Below, in pieces: positions 23,936 to 37,694 of a stretch of 64,000 nucleotides of DNA. The position numbers were made by a program, and so were the translations under genes. How positions within the stretch are numbered: position 1 is the stretch's first letter; each line of letters begins with the position of its first letter. Below the pieces are notes generated by a model. The model was not told the DNA's origin and ran no database searches. It saw nothing but the letters and a program-made list of their open reading frames with translations. The stretch is from Macrostomum hystrix. Lineage: Eukaryota > Animalia > Platyhelminthes. The stretch lies in assembly GCA_950097015.1 (NCBI GenBank), contig CATNEN010000025.1:5270001-5334000 (forward strand), given 5' to 3'.

Positions 23936-24584
23936 CAAACGTCGTTTGTTTGGAGTACAGATTTGAGGGATCTGGGGCGTGGGGTCGGCGCACGAGCTGG
24001 GAGAAGCATTTTTATCACTATTTACTTTCATCCCGTATTTGAAATCGAACGATCTTCACAAAAATGTGCCACACTTTTGAAAGCCTCAACGTATAGTCAG
24101 TGTGTGTGCGTGTGCGTGTGTCAGTGAGCGAATGTGTGGTCCATCTGCCCCAGACAGCGGTGCAGGCACAAACCAGCCAAGTTCAAGAATCCAAAGGCAT
24201 ATAAAAAGCTTAAAAATCTTCTTCAGGGTATCTTCTTGCGTATCTATCTGCTTCCTAGCTTAAGACGCCGTCCATTCTATCCGGTCTTCTTGCTAATGGG
24301 GTGCGTCGGTGGAGCGGCGCGAGCTGGCGACCTCCCTCTGTCTGAAACTGCCCATTCGGATGCCCTAAAAATCAATGCAAACGGCTAAAACACTTTCATG
24401 GAGGGTCCGCCTCTTCTATTCCCCACCAGCCTGTCTGTTGGGCAGCTGCTGATGCGTGCACTTTCTTTTGCTGACCATTGTGAAGGGCTCATTTCACTCC
24501 GATTTTTATATGAGGATTCGCATTGTTCATGCCTTCATCATTCAACCTCATTTCAATTTATATCCCCCCCAATCTCTCTGCCAC

Positions 24585-25045
24585 GCTCTCATTCCCTTCA
24601 TCTCGCACTCTCTCATTCCCTTCATCTCGCACTCTCTCATTCCCTTCATCTCGCACTCTCTCATTCCCTTCATCTCGCACTCTCTCATTCCCTTCATGTC
24701 CCACTCTCTCATTCCCTTCATCTCCCACTCTCTCATTTCCTTCATCTCCTACTCTCTCATTCCCTTCATCTTCCCCTCTCTCCTTCCCTTCATGTCCCAC
24801 TCTCTCCTTCCCTTCATGTCCCCTCTCTCCTTCCCTTCATGTCCCACTCTCTCCTTCCCTTCATGTCCCACTCTCTCCTTCCCTTCATGTCCCACTCTCT
24901 CCTTCCCTTCATGTCCCACTCTCTCCTTCCCTTCATGTCTCACTCTCTCCTTCCCTTCATGTCCCACTCTCTCCTTCCCTTTATCTCCCACTCTCTCATT
25001 CCCTTCATCTCCCACTCTCTCATTCCCTTCATGTCCCACTCTTAT
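24585..25045. repeat. 24-bp pyrimidine-rich minisatellite (CACTCTCTCMTTCCCTTCATSTCS)
   Basis: Period of 24 (TCTCGCAC at 24601 and 24625); 8-aa periodicity in overlapping ORFs. Confidence 0.95.
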
Positions 25046-26396
25046 CATACCTCCCAGTCTTCAATCTTCACTTCACAGATTTTGTACCAACTGCCATTAA
25101 TTATTAACTAGTCTCATCTGTCTCATCAACCAGTATAGCTGCTATTCTTGAGTTATTCTGCCAATCTTATCTTGCTGGCAAATCAACCCCCCCCAATCGT
25201 CGACACAAAATTCAAACGCTACTTATTTTCCAATCTCATTGTGCTTAACCCTCAATCGGATATCGCGTGATGAGGCACAGGTGGCAGCCAGGTTCCCGTC
25301 AGTGATCAGGATTTCAATGGTTTGCAGCCAGGGAAACGGCTAATGGCTATTAATTAATGGCTTTGGCCTCCGATACAGACGACCAACCGAAAAAAAACTA
25401 TAATTCCGCCCCTACCTATTGAATTCTGATTCGCTATCGGCCCGGAGACACCAAACTGCTACTGACGCTGTAGTAAAGTTGCAAATTATAAAGTAGGTTC
25501 ATTGCTTTGCTTTTCTTTTCAGATTCTCCCACTCTCCTTATCCCAATTATTTGTTTTACCACCTCGGATATCCCTGCCAAGTCATTATAACGGCCTAACG
25601 CCATAGCAACAGGAAGAATGGAGTTGGTTAGGGTCAGACAGTAAAGCACAGGTTGAAACAGATTGAAACGCAGAAATGAAGCAAAAAATATAACGACTGC
25701 GCCCAACGAGATGGGAAAAAAGCAACAAGAGGTGATTCATGGCCGGCCGGTAGCGGATCCCAGGAGATTGAAGCCGTTGATGACGCGGCCACCTTGCAGT
25801 GTGGGCCTCATGCAATATATCTTCTAGGCTACTCCTTTCCTGTAAGATGATGATGAAGAGGAAACAAAAGACAGACTAAGAGAAAGAGAGAGTGAGTGAG
25901 GGTGGGCAGGACGGTAAGCCAGGCCTCAGGAGAGGCTGAATGTTGAATTCCGAACAGCATTTCTGGATGTGGCGCATGCTTTGTGGTGTTGCTTGGCAAG
26001 CACTCGTGCATTTGGCACTCGTGCGGACGTCCTGGTTAGGAGAATGAGTCCGGGATTCTACAGCGTCTGTCAAACAATCAATCAAATACCGAAGGCCTAT
26101 ATTTATTTAGATAAATCGACACGTCAGAATAACGAAATCAGGGTATGGGAGCGCGCGTTTCCTTTGATCTCATGACAAGATAATTTTAGGATGTGTGTCA
26201 TATCATTCATTCGATTAAGGAGAATACAGTTATAGAAATAACCAGTGTTTGAAATGAATGATGAATTGATTGACAGTTTAGCATAGTGTTACTCTTACTG
26301 AATTTCACTTCTGTTACAATTTTCAGCAATCCTGTTTAAATAGTTTAATTAATTAATAACCGCCCTAGATTCAAACTCAAAACCCTAGGTCTGTAA

Positions 26397-29300
26397 TCTA
26401 CGATAATCAACGATAATCAACCAATAATCAACGAATAATCTACGATAATCTACGATAATCTACGATAATCTACTATAATCTACTATAATCTTCGATAATC
26501 AACGATAATCTACGATAATCTACGATAATCTACTATAATCTACTATAATCTACGATAATCAACGATAATCTACGATAATCAACGAATAATCTACGATAAT
26601 CTACGATAATCTATGATAATCTACGATAATATACGATAATCTACGATAATCTACTATAATCTACTATAATCTACGATAATCAACGATAATCTACGATAAT
26701 CTACGATAATCAACGAATAATCTACGAATAATCTACGATAATCTACGATAATCAACGAATAAGCTACGATTATCTACGATAATCTACGATAATCTACAAT
26801 AATCTACGATAATCTACGATAATCTACAACAATCTACGATAATCAACGAATAATCTACGATAATCTACGATAATCTACGATAATCTACAACAATCTACGA
26901 TAATCAACGAATAATCTACAATAATCTAGGATAATCTACGATAATCAACGAATAATCTACGATAATCTACGATAATCTACAATAATCTACGATTATCAAC
27001 GAATAATCAACGAATAATCTACAATAATCTACGATAATCAACGAACAATCTACGATAATCTACGATAATCTACGATAATCAACGAATAATCTACGATAAT
27101 CAACGAATAATCTACGATAATCTACGATAATCTACAATAATCTACGATAATCAACGAACAATCTACGATAATCTACGATAATCTACGATAATCAACGAAT
27201 AATCTACGATAATCAACGATAATCTACGATAATCTACAACAATCTACGATAATCAACGAATAATCTACAATAATCTAGGATAATCTACGATAATCAACGA
27301 ATAATCTACGACTATCTACGATAATCTACAATAATCTACGATTATCAACGAATAATCTACGACTATCTACGATAATCTACAATAATCTACGATTATCAAC
27401 GAATAATCTACGATTATCTACAATAATCTACGATAATCAACGAATAATCTACGACTATCTACGATAATCAACGAATAATCTACAATAATCTACGATAATC
27501 AACGAACAATCTACGATAATCTACGATAATCTACAATAATCTACGATAATCAACGAACAATCTACGATAATCTACGATAATCTACGATAATCTACGATAA
27601 TCTACGATAATCAACGAATAATCTACGAATAATCTACGATAATCTACGATAATCAACGAATAAGCTACGATTATCTACGATAATCTACGATAATCTACGA
27701 TAATCTACGATAATCTACGATAATCTACGATAATCTACGATAATCTACGATAATCTACGATAATCTACGATTATCTACGATAATCTACGATTATCTACGA
27801 TAATCTACGATAATCTACGATAATCTACGATTATCTACAATAATCTACAATAATCAACGAATAATCTACGATAATCTACGATAATCAACGAATAATCTAC
27901 GATGATCTACGATAATCTACGATAATCTACAATAATCTACAATAATCAACGAATAATCTACAATAATCTACGATTATCAACGAATAATCAACGAATAATC
28001 TACAATAATCTACGATTATCAACGAATAATCAACGAATAATCTACAATAATCTACGATAATCAACGAATAATCTACGATAATCTACGATAATCTACGATA
28101 ATCTACGATAATCTACGATAATCTACGATAATCTACAATAATCAACGAATAATCTACAATAATCTACGATTATCAACGAATAATCTACGATAATCAACGA
28201 ATAAGCTACGATTATCTACGATAATCTACGATAATCTACGATAATCTACGATAATCAACGAATAATCTACGAATAATCTACGATAATCTACGATAATCAA
28301 CGAATAAGCTACGATTATCTACGATAATCTACGATAATCTACGATAATCTACGATAATCTACGATAATCTACGATAATCTACGATAATCTACGATAATCT
28401 ACGATAATCTACGATTATCTACGATAATCTACGATTATCTACGATAATCTACGATAATCTACGATAATCTACGATTATCTACAATAATCTACAATAATCA
28501 ACGAATAATCTACGATAATCTACGATAATCAACGAATAATCTACGATGATCTACGATAATCTACGATAATCTACAATAATCTACAATAATCAACGAATAA
28601 TCTACAATAATCTACGATTATCAACGAATAATCAACGAATAATCTACAATAATCTACGATTATCAACGAATAATCAACGAATAATCTACAATAATCTACG
28701 ATAATCAACGAATAATCTACGATAATCTACGATAATCTACGATAATCTACGATAATCTACGATAATCTACGATAATCTACAATAATCAACGAATAATCTA
28801 CAATAATCTACGATTATCAACGAATAATCTACGATAATCAACGAATAAGCTACGATTATCTACGATAATCTACGATAATCTACAATAATCTACGATAATC
28901 TACGATAATCTACGATAATCTACAATAATCTACGATAATCAACGAATAATCTACGATGATCTACGATAATCTACGATAATCTACGATAATCTACGATAAT
29001 CTACGATAATCTACGATAATCTACGATAATCTACGATAATCTACAATAATCTACGATAATCAACGAATAATCTACAATAATCTACGATTATCAACGAATA
29101 ATCAACGAATAATCTACAATAATCTACGATAATCAACGAATAATCTACGATAATCTACGATAATCTACAATAATCTACAATAATCAACGAATAATCTACG
29201 ATAATCTACGATAATCAACGAATAATCTACGATGATCTACGATAATCTACGATAATCTACAATAATCTACAATAATCAACGAATAATCTACGATAATCTA

Positions 29301-29885
29301 CGATAATCAACGAATAATCTACGATAATCTACAATAATCTACGATAATCTACGATAATCTACGATAATCTACGATAATCTACGATAATCTACGATTATCT
29401 ACAATAATCTACAATAATCAACGAATAATCTACGATAATCTACGATAATCAACGAATAATCTACGATGATCTACGATAATCTACGATAATCTACAATAAT
29501 CTACAATAATCAACGAATAATCTACGATAATCTACAATAATCTACGATAATCTACGATAATCTACAATAATCAACGAATAATCTACGATAATCTACAATA
29601 ATCTACGATAATCTACGATAATCTACGATAATCTACGATAATCTACGATAATCTACGATAATCTACAATAATCTACAATAATCTACGATAATCTACTATA
29701 ATCTACAATAATCTACGATAATCTATAATAATCCAGGATAATCCATGACAATCTACGATAATTTATGATAATCCATGACAGTTCATGATAAGCTTCGATA
29801 ATCTTTGATAATCCACAATTATCTCCGATTATCTATGATAATCCAAGCTAACCGACGATAATCTACGATAGTCTACGATAAATAT
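26397..29885. repeat. 10-bp AT-rich satellite (TACGATAATC) with 11-bp AACGAATAATC variant, ~3.5 kb
   Basis: Perfect 10-bp register at 27671-27770; degenerate right edge at ~29700-29885. Confidence 0.97.
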
Positions 29886-30739
29886 ATAAACGAAAATTTT
29901 TTAAATTTCATTTTCGAGTCTTTTACCTTAGCATTTCAGTTTAATCAGAAGCCATTGAACCATTGCGACTATTTCCGAACGAATGATTCCGAAGCGAATT
30001 CTGTATTTTATTGACCCTGCTCTGGGGCCAATGTGTGATGTTTGAGTATACACACACACATACACCACATGTGCCCGCTGAGAATTTACCAGTTCAACCA
30101 TTACTTCGTTATTAATTTTTCTAATACACACACTCACACAAAAATATTCGTCCGGCGAAAAAAGCGAAAAACTGAAATCTTCCACCAGCATCTCAGCCTG
30201 GAATCCCATTTGGGAATTGAGGGAATTGAGTAGGGATAGAAGAGTAGAGAGAGGAACCACTGCTCCAGTGGGATAAGATCCCCTTGATTGGAGGTCAAGC
30301 AGAACCGGGTCAGTGCGGCGGGTTAAGGCAAGATTGGACTTCTTATAAAATTTACGACGAAAGTATAACAAAATTATGAAATTTATAAAATATATTTATT
30401 CTTTTTTAAATGCTTTGTCACAGATTGTCAAATGACATTTCTCATCATTTTCTCACCACCTTTCTTGTGACAACTAAAAATATCACCCTTTTCCATCATC
30501 ATATCCCACTCGTCTCCCTCATCAGATCTCACCGCTATTTATTGTCGAATCTCATCCATTCTTTCTTTAAATCTCACCCTGATCTGACGTCGAATCTCAA
30601 CTTCTCCCTCAACAAATCTCACCATTCTCCATCATCAGATCTCAAGCTTCATCATCGTCATATCTCACCCTTCTCTTTAGTCATACCTCAACCTTCTCCA
30701 TCATCAAATATCACCCTTTATAACGTCAAATCTCACCCT

Positions 30740-31266
30740 TCTACCTCATTATATCTCACCCTTCTACCTCATTATATCTCACCCTTCTACCTCACTATAT
30801 CTCACACTTCTCACTCACTATATCTCACACTTCTCACTCACTATATCTCACACTTCTCCCTCATTATATCTCACACTTCTCAATCACTATATCTCACACT
30901 TCTCCCTCATTATATCTCACACTTCTCACTCACTATATCTCACACTTCTCACTCATTATATCTCACACTTCTCACTCACTATATCTCACACTTCTCACTC
31001 ACTATATCTCACACTTCTCACTCACTATATCTCACACTTCTCACTCACTATATCTCACACTTCTCCCTCATTATATCTCACACTTCTCACTCATTATATC
31101 TCACACTTCTCACTCACTATATCTCACACTTCTCACTCATTATATCTCACACTTCTCACTCACTATATCTCACACTTCTCCCTCATTATATCTCACACTT
31201 CTCACTCACTATATCTCACACTTCTCACTCACTATATCTCACACTTCTCACTCATTATATCTCACG
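30740..31266. repeat. 23-bp minisatellite (TCTCACACTTCTCACTCACTATA) with a degenerate C/T-rich lead-in from ~30560
   Basis: TCTCACACTT at 30961 and 30984. Confidence 0.93.
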
Positions 31267-32009
31267 TAACTAAAAATATTCGCAGCTAAAGCACACTGTC
31301 CTATTGATTTCAACCAAGTTTCGATTTTAACCAAGGCTTTTGTCAGACCCTCAGACTAGCGAGAACACAGACAACGAGATTAATTCTAATCCTTAACTCC
31401 GCAGGTTGATCGATGCGCCGCATTATCTGCGCTATGCATATACTTTCTGGCCATGTGTAGTTAGTCTAAACACTGTTCTGAAGGGGTTTTCGCCATAAAC
31501 TAAAAGATTAAGATTAAGAAAAAAGTGAAAGCCACCTTCCGCCTACCCCAATGAGTGAAGAGTGACTCATGGTGATAAACGATTTTAATCAGCGAACTGG
31601 TCAGTATGGAAGCGGGTAATATACCGATCGTAAATACATTATGCGCTACTGCTGCATCCCAAATCCTTTTACTATTTATTTCCTCTCACTTAGATTATTG
31701 CCCGCCTAAGATGGCAATCAAGAGGTTAAAGAATTGAGTCCGCAGCCCCCAACTAGCGCGTCTGCTGGTGACTCAGCTTCCGGCGCTGGGAATCCACTCT
31801 GCCATGTCTTCATCACAATTTATTCCAACGAAAGTTGGGGGAGCCGCCCGTCCGTCTCCCAGATTGTCCCCCTCTCCCATCTCCACGCCTCATCACACTA
31901 ACACCCCTTCCTTCCCTCATCCCTCCTACCCCATCTCCCCTCTCCCCTCTGACCTATCTCCTCCCATCTCTCCACTCCCAACTCACCCTCTCCTATCTCA
32001 CCTGTCTAA

Positions 32010-32310
32010 TTTATCCCTCTCCCATCTCTCCCTCTCCCATCTCTCCCTCTCCCATCTCTCCCTCTCCCATCTCTCCCTCTCCCATCTCTCCCTCTCCCAT
32101 CTCTCCCTCTCCCATCTCTCCCTCTCCCATCTCTCCCTCTCCCATCTCTCCCTCTCCCATCTCTCCCTCTCCCATCTCTCCCTCTCCCATCTCTCCCTCT
32201 CCCATCTCTCCCTCTCCCATCTCTCCCTCTCCCATCTCTCCCTCTCCCATCTCTCCCTCTCCCATCTCTCCCTCTCCCATCTCTCCCTCTCCCATCTCTC
32301 CCTCTCTCAT
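32010..32310. repeat. 15-bp near-perfect minisatellite (CCCTCTCCCATCTCT), ~19 units, with degenerate flanks to ~31900 and ~32500
   Basis: Read directly; explains the SPISP, LSHLS and GEGEM ORFs. Confidence 0.97.
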
Positions 32311-33111
32311 CTCAACTGTCTAATCTATCCCTCTCCCATCTCCCTCTCCCATCTCACCTGTCTAATCTATCCCTCTCCCATCTCTCTGTCTCCCATCTCA
32401 CCTGTCTAATCTATCCCGCTCCCATCCCTCCCTCTAACATCACCCTCTCCCATCTCTCCTCTAAAATCTCTCCCTTTCCCATCTCTCCATCTCCTATCTC
32501 CTCATTTGGGTAAAATACGAGTTTTATTTCGTAGTTCAATTTCAATTTTGGCATAATTCCATTTTTTAGGCCAGCTAAATGGACAGGAATTGAACATTCC
32601 TGTTTAGTCAGAAACAGATTGCCAGATCTTTGGCTCCGTAAAACTGCTTACTCACCTGTCGTCTTATAAATCCAGGGCATTTCTAAACAACACTGAACAT
32701 CAGAGTGAATTTAGCACCAAAATTGTGTTCTATTTTTGAAACATCTTTATTTAAATTATATTAGCGAATCTTTGAAAATGACATTCATTCAATTAATACT
32801 GAACGTAAATAACGTACAGTAAGTTTTTGTTTATCTTTAAGTGTCATTTCGTTTTGTTTGTGTAAGGCTTTAGAGAAAGTTAAAGATTAGATTTAATTTC
32901 AAAGTCTCAGAAACATGGAAATTTAAGTTTAAAAATACTTTTGGATGTGATAAACTTAGTCTTAGTAATGTAAAGCAAGCATTTTAAATACGAGCTACAA
33001 ACTAAGGGTCACAATTCACTGTTTGCAAAGGACAGCTACATATAATTCAAGTTTTAATTTTTATCCCTCTTGACAAAATTAATCAGGTCAAAAATGAGAA
33101 TATTAGCCTCA

Positions 33112-33327
33112 AGGCTGCGTACGGCTGTTCAGTCCATGGACTGGGGGGCGCCACACCCACCTTCAATTATCCCAGCCGATGCTGGTACCAATTTAACAGC
33201 TGGGTGAACTGAAGTAACGCAGGGTTAAGTGTGTTGCTAACGGACACAAATGGTACAATGGAGTCGGGAATCGAACCCCCGACCTTCAAGTCGTGAGTCC
33301 GACGCTCTAACCACTAGGCTACAACCC
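33112..33327 (-). mobile_element. Family A tRNA-derived SINE with CORE-like domain; intact head
   Basis: Minus strand GGGTTGTAGCCTAGTGGTTAGAGCGTCGGACTCACGACTTGAAGGTCGGGGGTTCGATTCCCGACTCCA contains A-box TAGCCTAGTGG and B-box GGTTCGATTCC. Followed by TGTGTCCGTTAGCAACACACTTAACCCTG...CAGTTCACCCAGCTGTTAAATTGGTACCAGC. Confidence 0.88.
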
Positions 33328-35084
33328 ACTGCATAGAATTCGTTCGGATATGGAAGATAGAAAATTGTCGATAAAAAAAGAAAATGGGAAAGAAACAATT
33401 TTTATCCATTTTTCATTCTTAACGAGAACGGACAGTAAAATAATCCCCAGCCAGTTGCCAATGGCAACCAATGGAATTGCCTCACTTTTATAACTTAAAG
33501 AATTTCCGCGCATCATTCCTTCTATTGCAAATTGAACGCTGGCTGACCAAGTCAAAATAAATTATCATTTCCGAGCCAACTCAGCTGCCTGGACTCGAGG
33601 CGGGGGAGATTTTTGGGACTTAGAATTTCCTGATTTCTGCTCATCAGGCCTCCTCAATCCCCCGCCGCTGCTGCTAGTGAATTGGAGTCACACAAATTAT
33701 CCCCCCTCCCGTCAGATTCGGAACCTTCCCCTTTCTTATCTTCACTCATAAAGCGCAATTTCGATTCTTTCTGGCACTGCAAGCCATAAAGCCTTGAGCC
33801 CCCTGCTCTAATTTCATCCCCTCTGCAATGACGCAATTCTCTTTAACTATCTGGGGTCTAGGGCCGCACAATTCTCGTATAGAAAAGAGGATTTTCAAAT
33901 CCCCAAACCGGGGATAACCGAGTTATGACGCTAGCATAGGATGAGTAGGAATGGGATATTGGGAAGATTGTCCCTTGCAGCTGGCAGTTAACGTAATACG
34001 CAGGGAAACGTATTTTACTCCTCGCAAAACGAAAAAACTCGAAAAGCTGCATTTTTGTTTGAAAAAAAATGCTGAAGAGAAGCAGTTAATTTTGGAGAAA
34101 CATCAAAACATTGCACAACTATAGGGCGTCAAAACTAAGAAACGAAAGCAACAACAACAAAAAATGCAGAAAACAACATCATAAACTATCGGAAAAGCCA
34201 GTAAGCTGGACAGAAGTTGAATAGCTGTTCGGCTGAGCCAACCGGAACTGACTTAGGCAAGCAAGCGTTCGTGTCAGCTGTCAGAATACCTAAGGTAGCA
34301 ACAGCGCGATGTTCCTGACAATTTCAGGCCAACTGCTGCTCCTAGCCTACCAAGAGGTCCTTCGGCAGCTGCCGCGGTTTTCTAGGAAGCTGTGCAGTCT
34401 GCGGGGTCAGCCGTGCCCTAAGCTGGCCTTTCTATGCACCAACCTCCAGTGCGCACTTATTCGCTGCATCAATGAATTGCAGCTTGAAAATCTAAGCAGC
34501 AGATCGAAATCTTAGAAAGCTCATTTTCGAGGAACTCGCTGCCCCGATGCTTCAACGCATACGACTAGCGTCACGTTGTCGCGCGCAAACTGTCTCACTC
34601 TGCTGTCACTCCAGAAACAGATTTTAATATGCCTCGCCTCCTCTGCAACCAAATTCTGTTCGCAGCTGGAGGCAAATAGAGTTTGTCGCTTTGGTCCTGC
34701 CTGGGTTCGACTGCGTGACTTGCCTTGTTGACACGGGCCCCGAATGCTGCGAAAGCTGCTGTTTCTACTGACACTTCCAGCTGTCCACCCGGTCTATACC
34801 ACTTTCACTTACTCATCCGATCTGGCGTAATAGTTCTGCCATTCCTAGCACTTCTTGTGGGATTTCACATTCTGACAATCTAAGACCGCAAAATGTTTCT
34901 GACGGAAATATTCAGAATGCCATTTAGTACGAATTCAACATTTAGTACGCATCTAACGTACCCCGTTTATTCATTTATTCTTGGGCAAAGTGTCCATAGA
35001 TATTATTCTTTAACTTGAGCCTTTTATTTTTGGTAGACATAACAAGCGATTAGTTTGTACTGTTGCTACTATTCTATTGCTGTA

Positions 35085-35364
35085 TAATCATAATTTATCA
35101 CACCTGCCTCAATTGGGCCAGATGTACAGCCGACAGCACAGCCGCAGCTCACCGAAGGCTGCGTACGGCTGTTCAGTCCATAGACTGGGGGGACGCCACA
35201 CCCACCTGGAATTACCTCAACTGATGCTGGTACTCATTTAACAGCTGGGTGAACTCAATCAAAGCACTGAGTTACGTGTCTGTCAAAAGGGCAAAAATTG
35301 TTCCAGTGGAGTCGGTAATCGAACCACTGACCTTCAAGTCGTGAGTCCGACGCTCTAACCACTA
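35085..35364 (-). mobile_element. Family A SINE copy with degenerate ATT-type tail
   Basis: Collinear with 33112-33327 and extends to the 3' segment CTGTCGGCTGTACATCTGGCCCAATTGAGG. Confidence 0.85.
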
Positions 35365-35368
35365 ATTT

Positions 35369-35487
35369 ATTAGCTCAATAGAATTTTTTTCAGCACAAGA
35401 CCATGTACTTATTAAATGCCTCCCCAATTGAAATCGTTGTCTATGGCCTAGAACAGCTTTGGACTGCGCTTCAAGGACTCGGATTCG
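35369..35487 (-). mobile_element. Unclassified dispersed ~110-bp module C (second copy at 23431-23612, +)
   Basis: Reverse complement GAGTCCTTGAAGCGCAGTCCAAAGC..TCTAG.CCATAGACAA.GATTTCAAT...ATGGTCTTGTGCTGAAAAAAA...CTATTGAGCTAAT matches the 23.4-23.6k sequence. Confidence 0.7.
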
Positions 35488-36111
35488 CCACAAGAAATGA
35501 ATTCTAGTGGGGATTATCTTTTAGTTATGCAGCTCACAGGCTCATTGAGAATCCTGAAGGTTTTTCCCCCAAAAATGTTATTCGGGTCAGAGGTCAACAA
35601 AATGCACAGTTTGGAGCAGACACTGGGGGAGGAGTGCCGTTAGTCAAAACATTTGACATGCAAAAGAGCAATTTTTCCTAATCGATCCTCAATTTATCAA
35701 TATTGATGGCGTTTTTGAAACACAACGCACGCACAGAATCTGAGCTGTTGCTTTAGTTGCATGTTTGAGTCTGAATGAGTCATCGTTGCACGCTTTAAAA
35801 GTACCCGGAAATGTCTCCAGAGAATTGTGCGAATTTTTTTATTCAACTTCACCCCACCCCAAAAAACTGAATCGATGTCTCCAGCCAGTACAGTAAAAAC
35901 TATAATTATGCTCTCCAAGGACTGTGCATGGGTGAGACAAGATGCAGATGAAAATGGATTTCTGGGGGGGGAACGAAGAGAGGCGGCCAGTACTATCTCG
36001 GGCTGACATATGCGCTAATTATTACTTTACGGTGCATAGTAGACCTTGTTGTACGTTCCATACCTGCTGCCACTATGCCTGTTGCGCGTTACATTACCTG
36101 CTGTATTTAGC

Positions 36112-36356
36112 GCGGGTTCTAGTAGTTAGAACGTCGGACTCACGACTTGAAGGTCGGGGGTTCGATTCCCAACTCCACTCCAATCTGCACATGCATAGCA
36201 AGACACATAACTATGCATTGATTCAGTTCACCCAGCTGTTATATGGGTACCAGCGTCCCCCCAGTCCATGGACTGAATAGCCGTACGCAGCTGTCCTGTC
36301 GGCTGCAGATCAGGCCCAATCAGGGAGGGGTAATCAATTATTATTATTATTATTAT
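36112..36356 (+). mobile_element. Family A SINE copy with internal deletion and clean (ATT)n tail
   Basis: Head GTCGGACTCACGACTTGAAGGTCGGGGGTTCGATTCCC, CORE-like body, 3' CAATTATTATTATTATTATTAT at ~36335-36356. Confidence 0.88.
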
Positions 36357-37694
36357 CCGCTGTAACCACCTGTTGTATGTTCGATTGCGACCGTGTGCTA
36401 CAGGTTTCGTTCAAACCAGTCAGTAAATACACAATGAGAAAAGCCGAGTCACTCTATAACTAAAAGTGAAGAATGGAACGAGCACGAATTGGGAACAGAC
36501 AGAAAGACGTGGGTAAATCTGGATTAAAGGGGCAGCTGCAAGCAACGTCAGTAGCTAAATGGTGAAATAACTCATAACACTCGAGAGCCGAGCACTAAAA
36601 AAGTACAACTCAAATTATATTTTCGGTATAGCATACGGAGAGTTGTTCATTTCAATTTTCGGTCACTTTGTGGGTGGGGGTCGGTTTTTGAGCTATCCAC
36701 ACATTCAGATACCTGAATGTAAAAAATGCATGAATCATTGATGCTGTTGTTGGTTGAGCATAGAGGTCTCGCAACCTGGACCTGTCTGTATGAAGGTGGT
36801 GTACAATGGGAAAAATAGCTGGGTCTGGTTGACGGACACAGAACTATAGTTTGTGTGTGCGGGGGTGCCGACTAGTTTTCCCAAGCCCCATTATTGCCAG
36901 GCTTTGTAACAGGGGTTAGGGGAGGGCAATGAGACGATTGGGAATGAAGCATTTGAGCAGTTTTATAAGACCACCAAATGCGGGGAGGGGTTACTGAGAG
37001 AACAAAGACTACAGGCCACGGCATCTGACGCACAGAGAATGGGAGAGCTTAGATCTGTTATTGATAAAAATCCTGCTAAAAATAAACCACGTGGCTAGCA
37101 GACAAGGTGACTCAGACAAGCCAAGCGAAGGCTTTCAGCGCTTCCTGCTTGGGGCCTTGGGTGGGATTTTTTCCTACTAATTTACTGCTACTGATCATGC
37201 AGCTAGAAATGTACTAACCCGAGTCCCACTGTCTGTCGGGTCATTGCAGGGGGTTCTTTAGGGAGCAGGTGAGTTGGCGAGTTAGGTGGGGGTCTGGTTG
37301 TGTCGCTCTGGCCTCGCAAATGCTGCTTAACACGAATTTCAGCAGGTTGCGTGCCTTGTCTGATCAGGGGCTGAAATCGAGGTTCAACAAATCCGACACT
37401 GACTGCTCAGGGGGATCTGGGGATTCAGCCAGCACGGAAACAACCGGGACCTGAATTAGTCGGAGTGGAAAGTACATTTCAACTCACTCGATTGCTGACT
37501 GGGAACTGGACTGAGTGCGACATTTTAGCCATAAGAGTAGTACTTGCACTCATGTCCTGTGATGCTCGTAAGTTGGATTAACAATTACCATAAAGAGACC
37601 TGTTGAGCACATCTCTAGCTCCCTACTATGTACTGGGTGGATGGCTGGAGTCCCCTGAGTTTCAGCAATTTTTAAGCTACACATCATTTTTATG

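Noticed and set aside
33255-33327. Functional tRNA gene
   Set aside because: Acceptor and anticodon stems are mismatched and the sequence continues into a shared SINE body in all copies.
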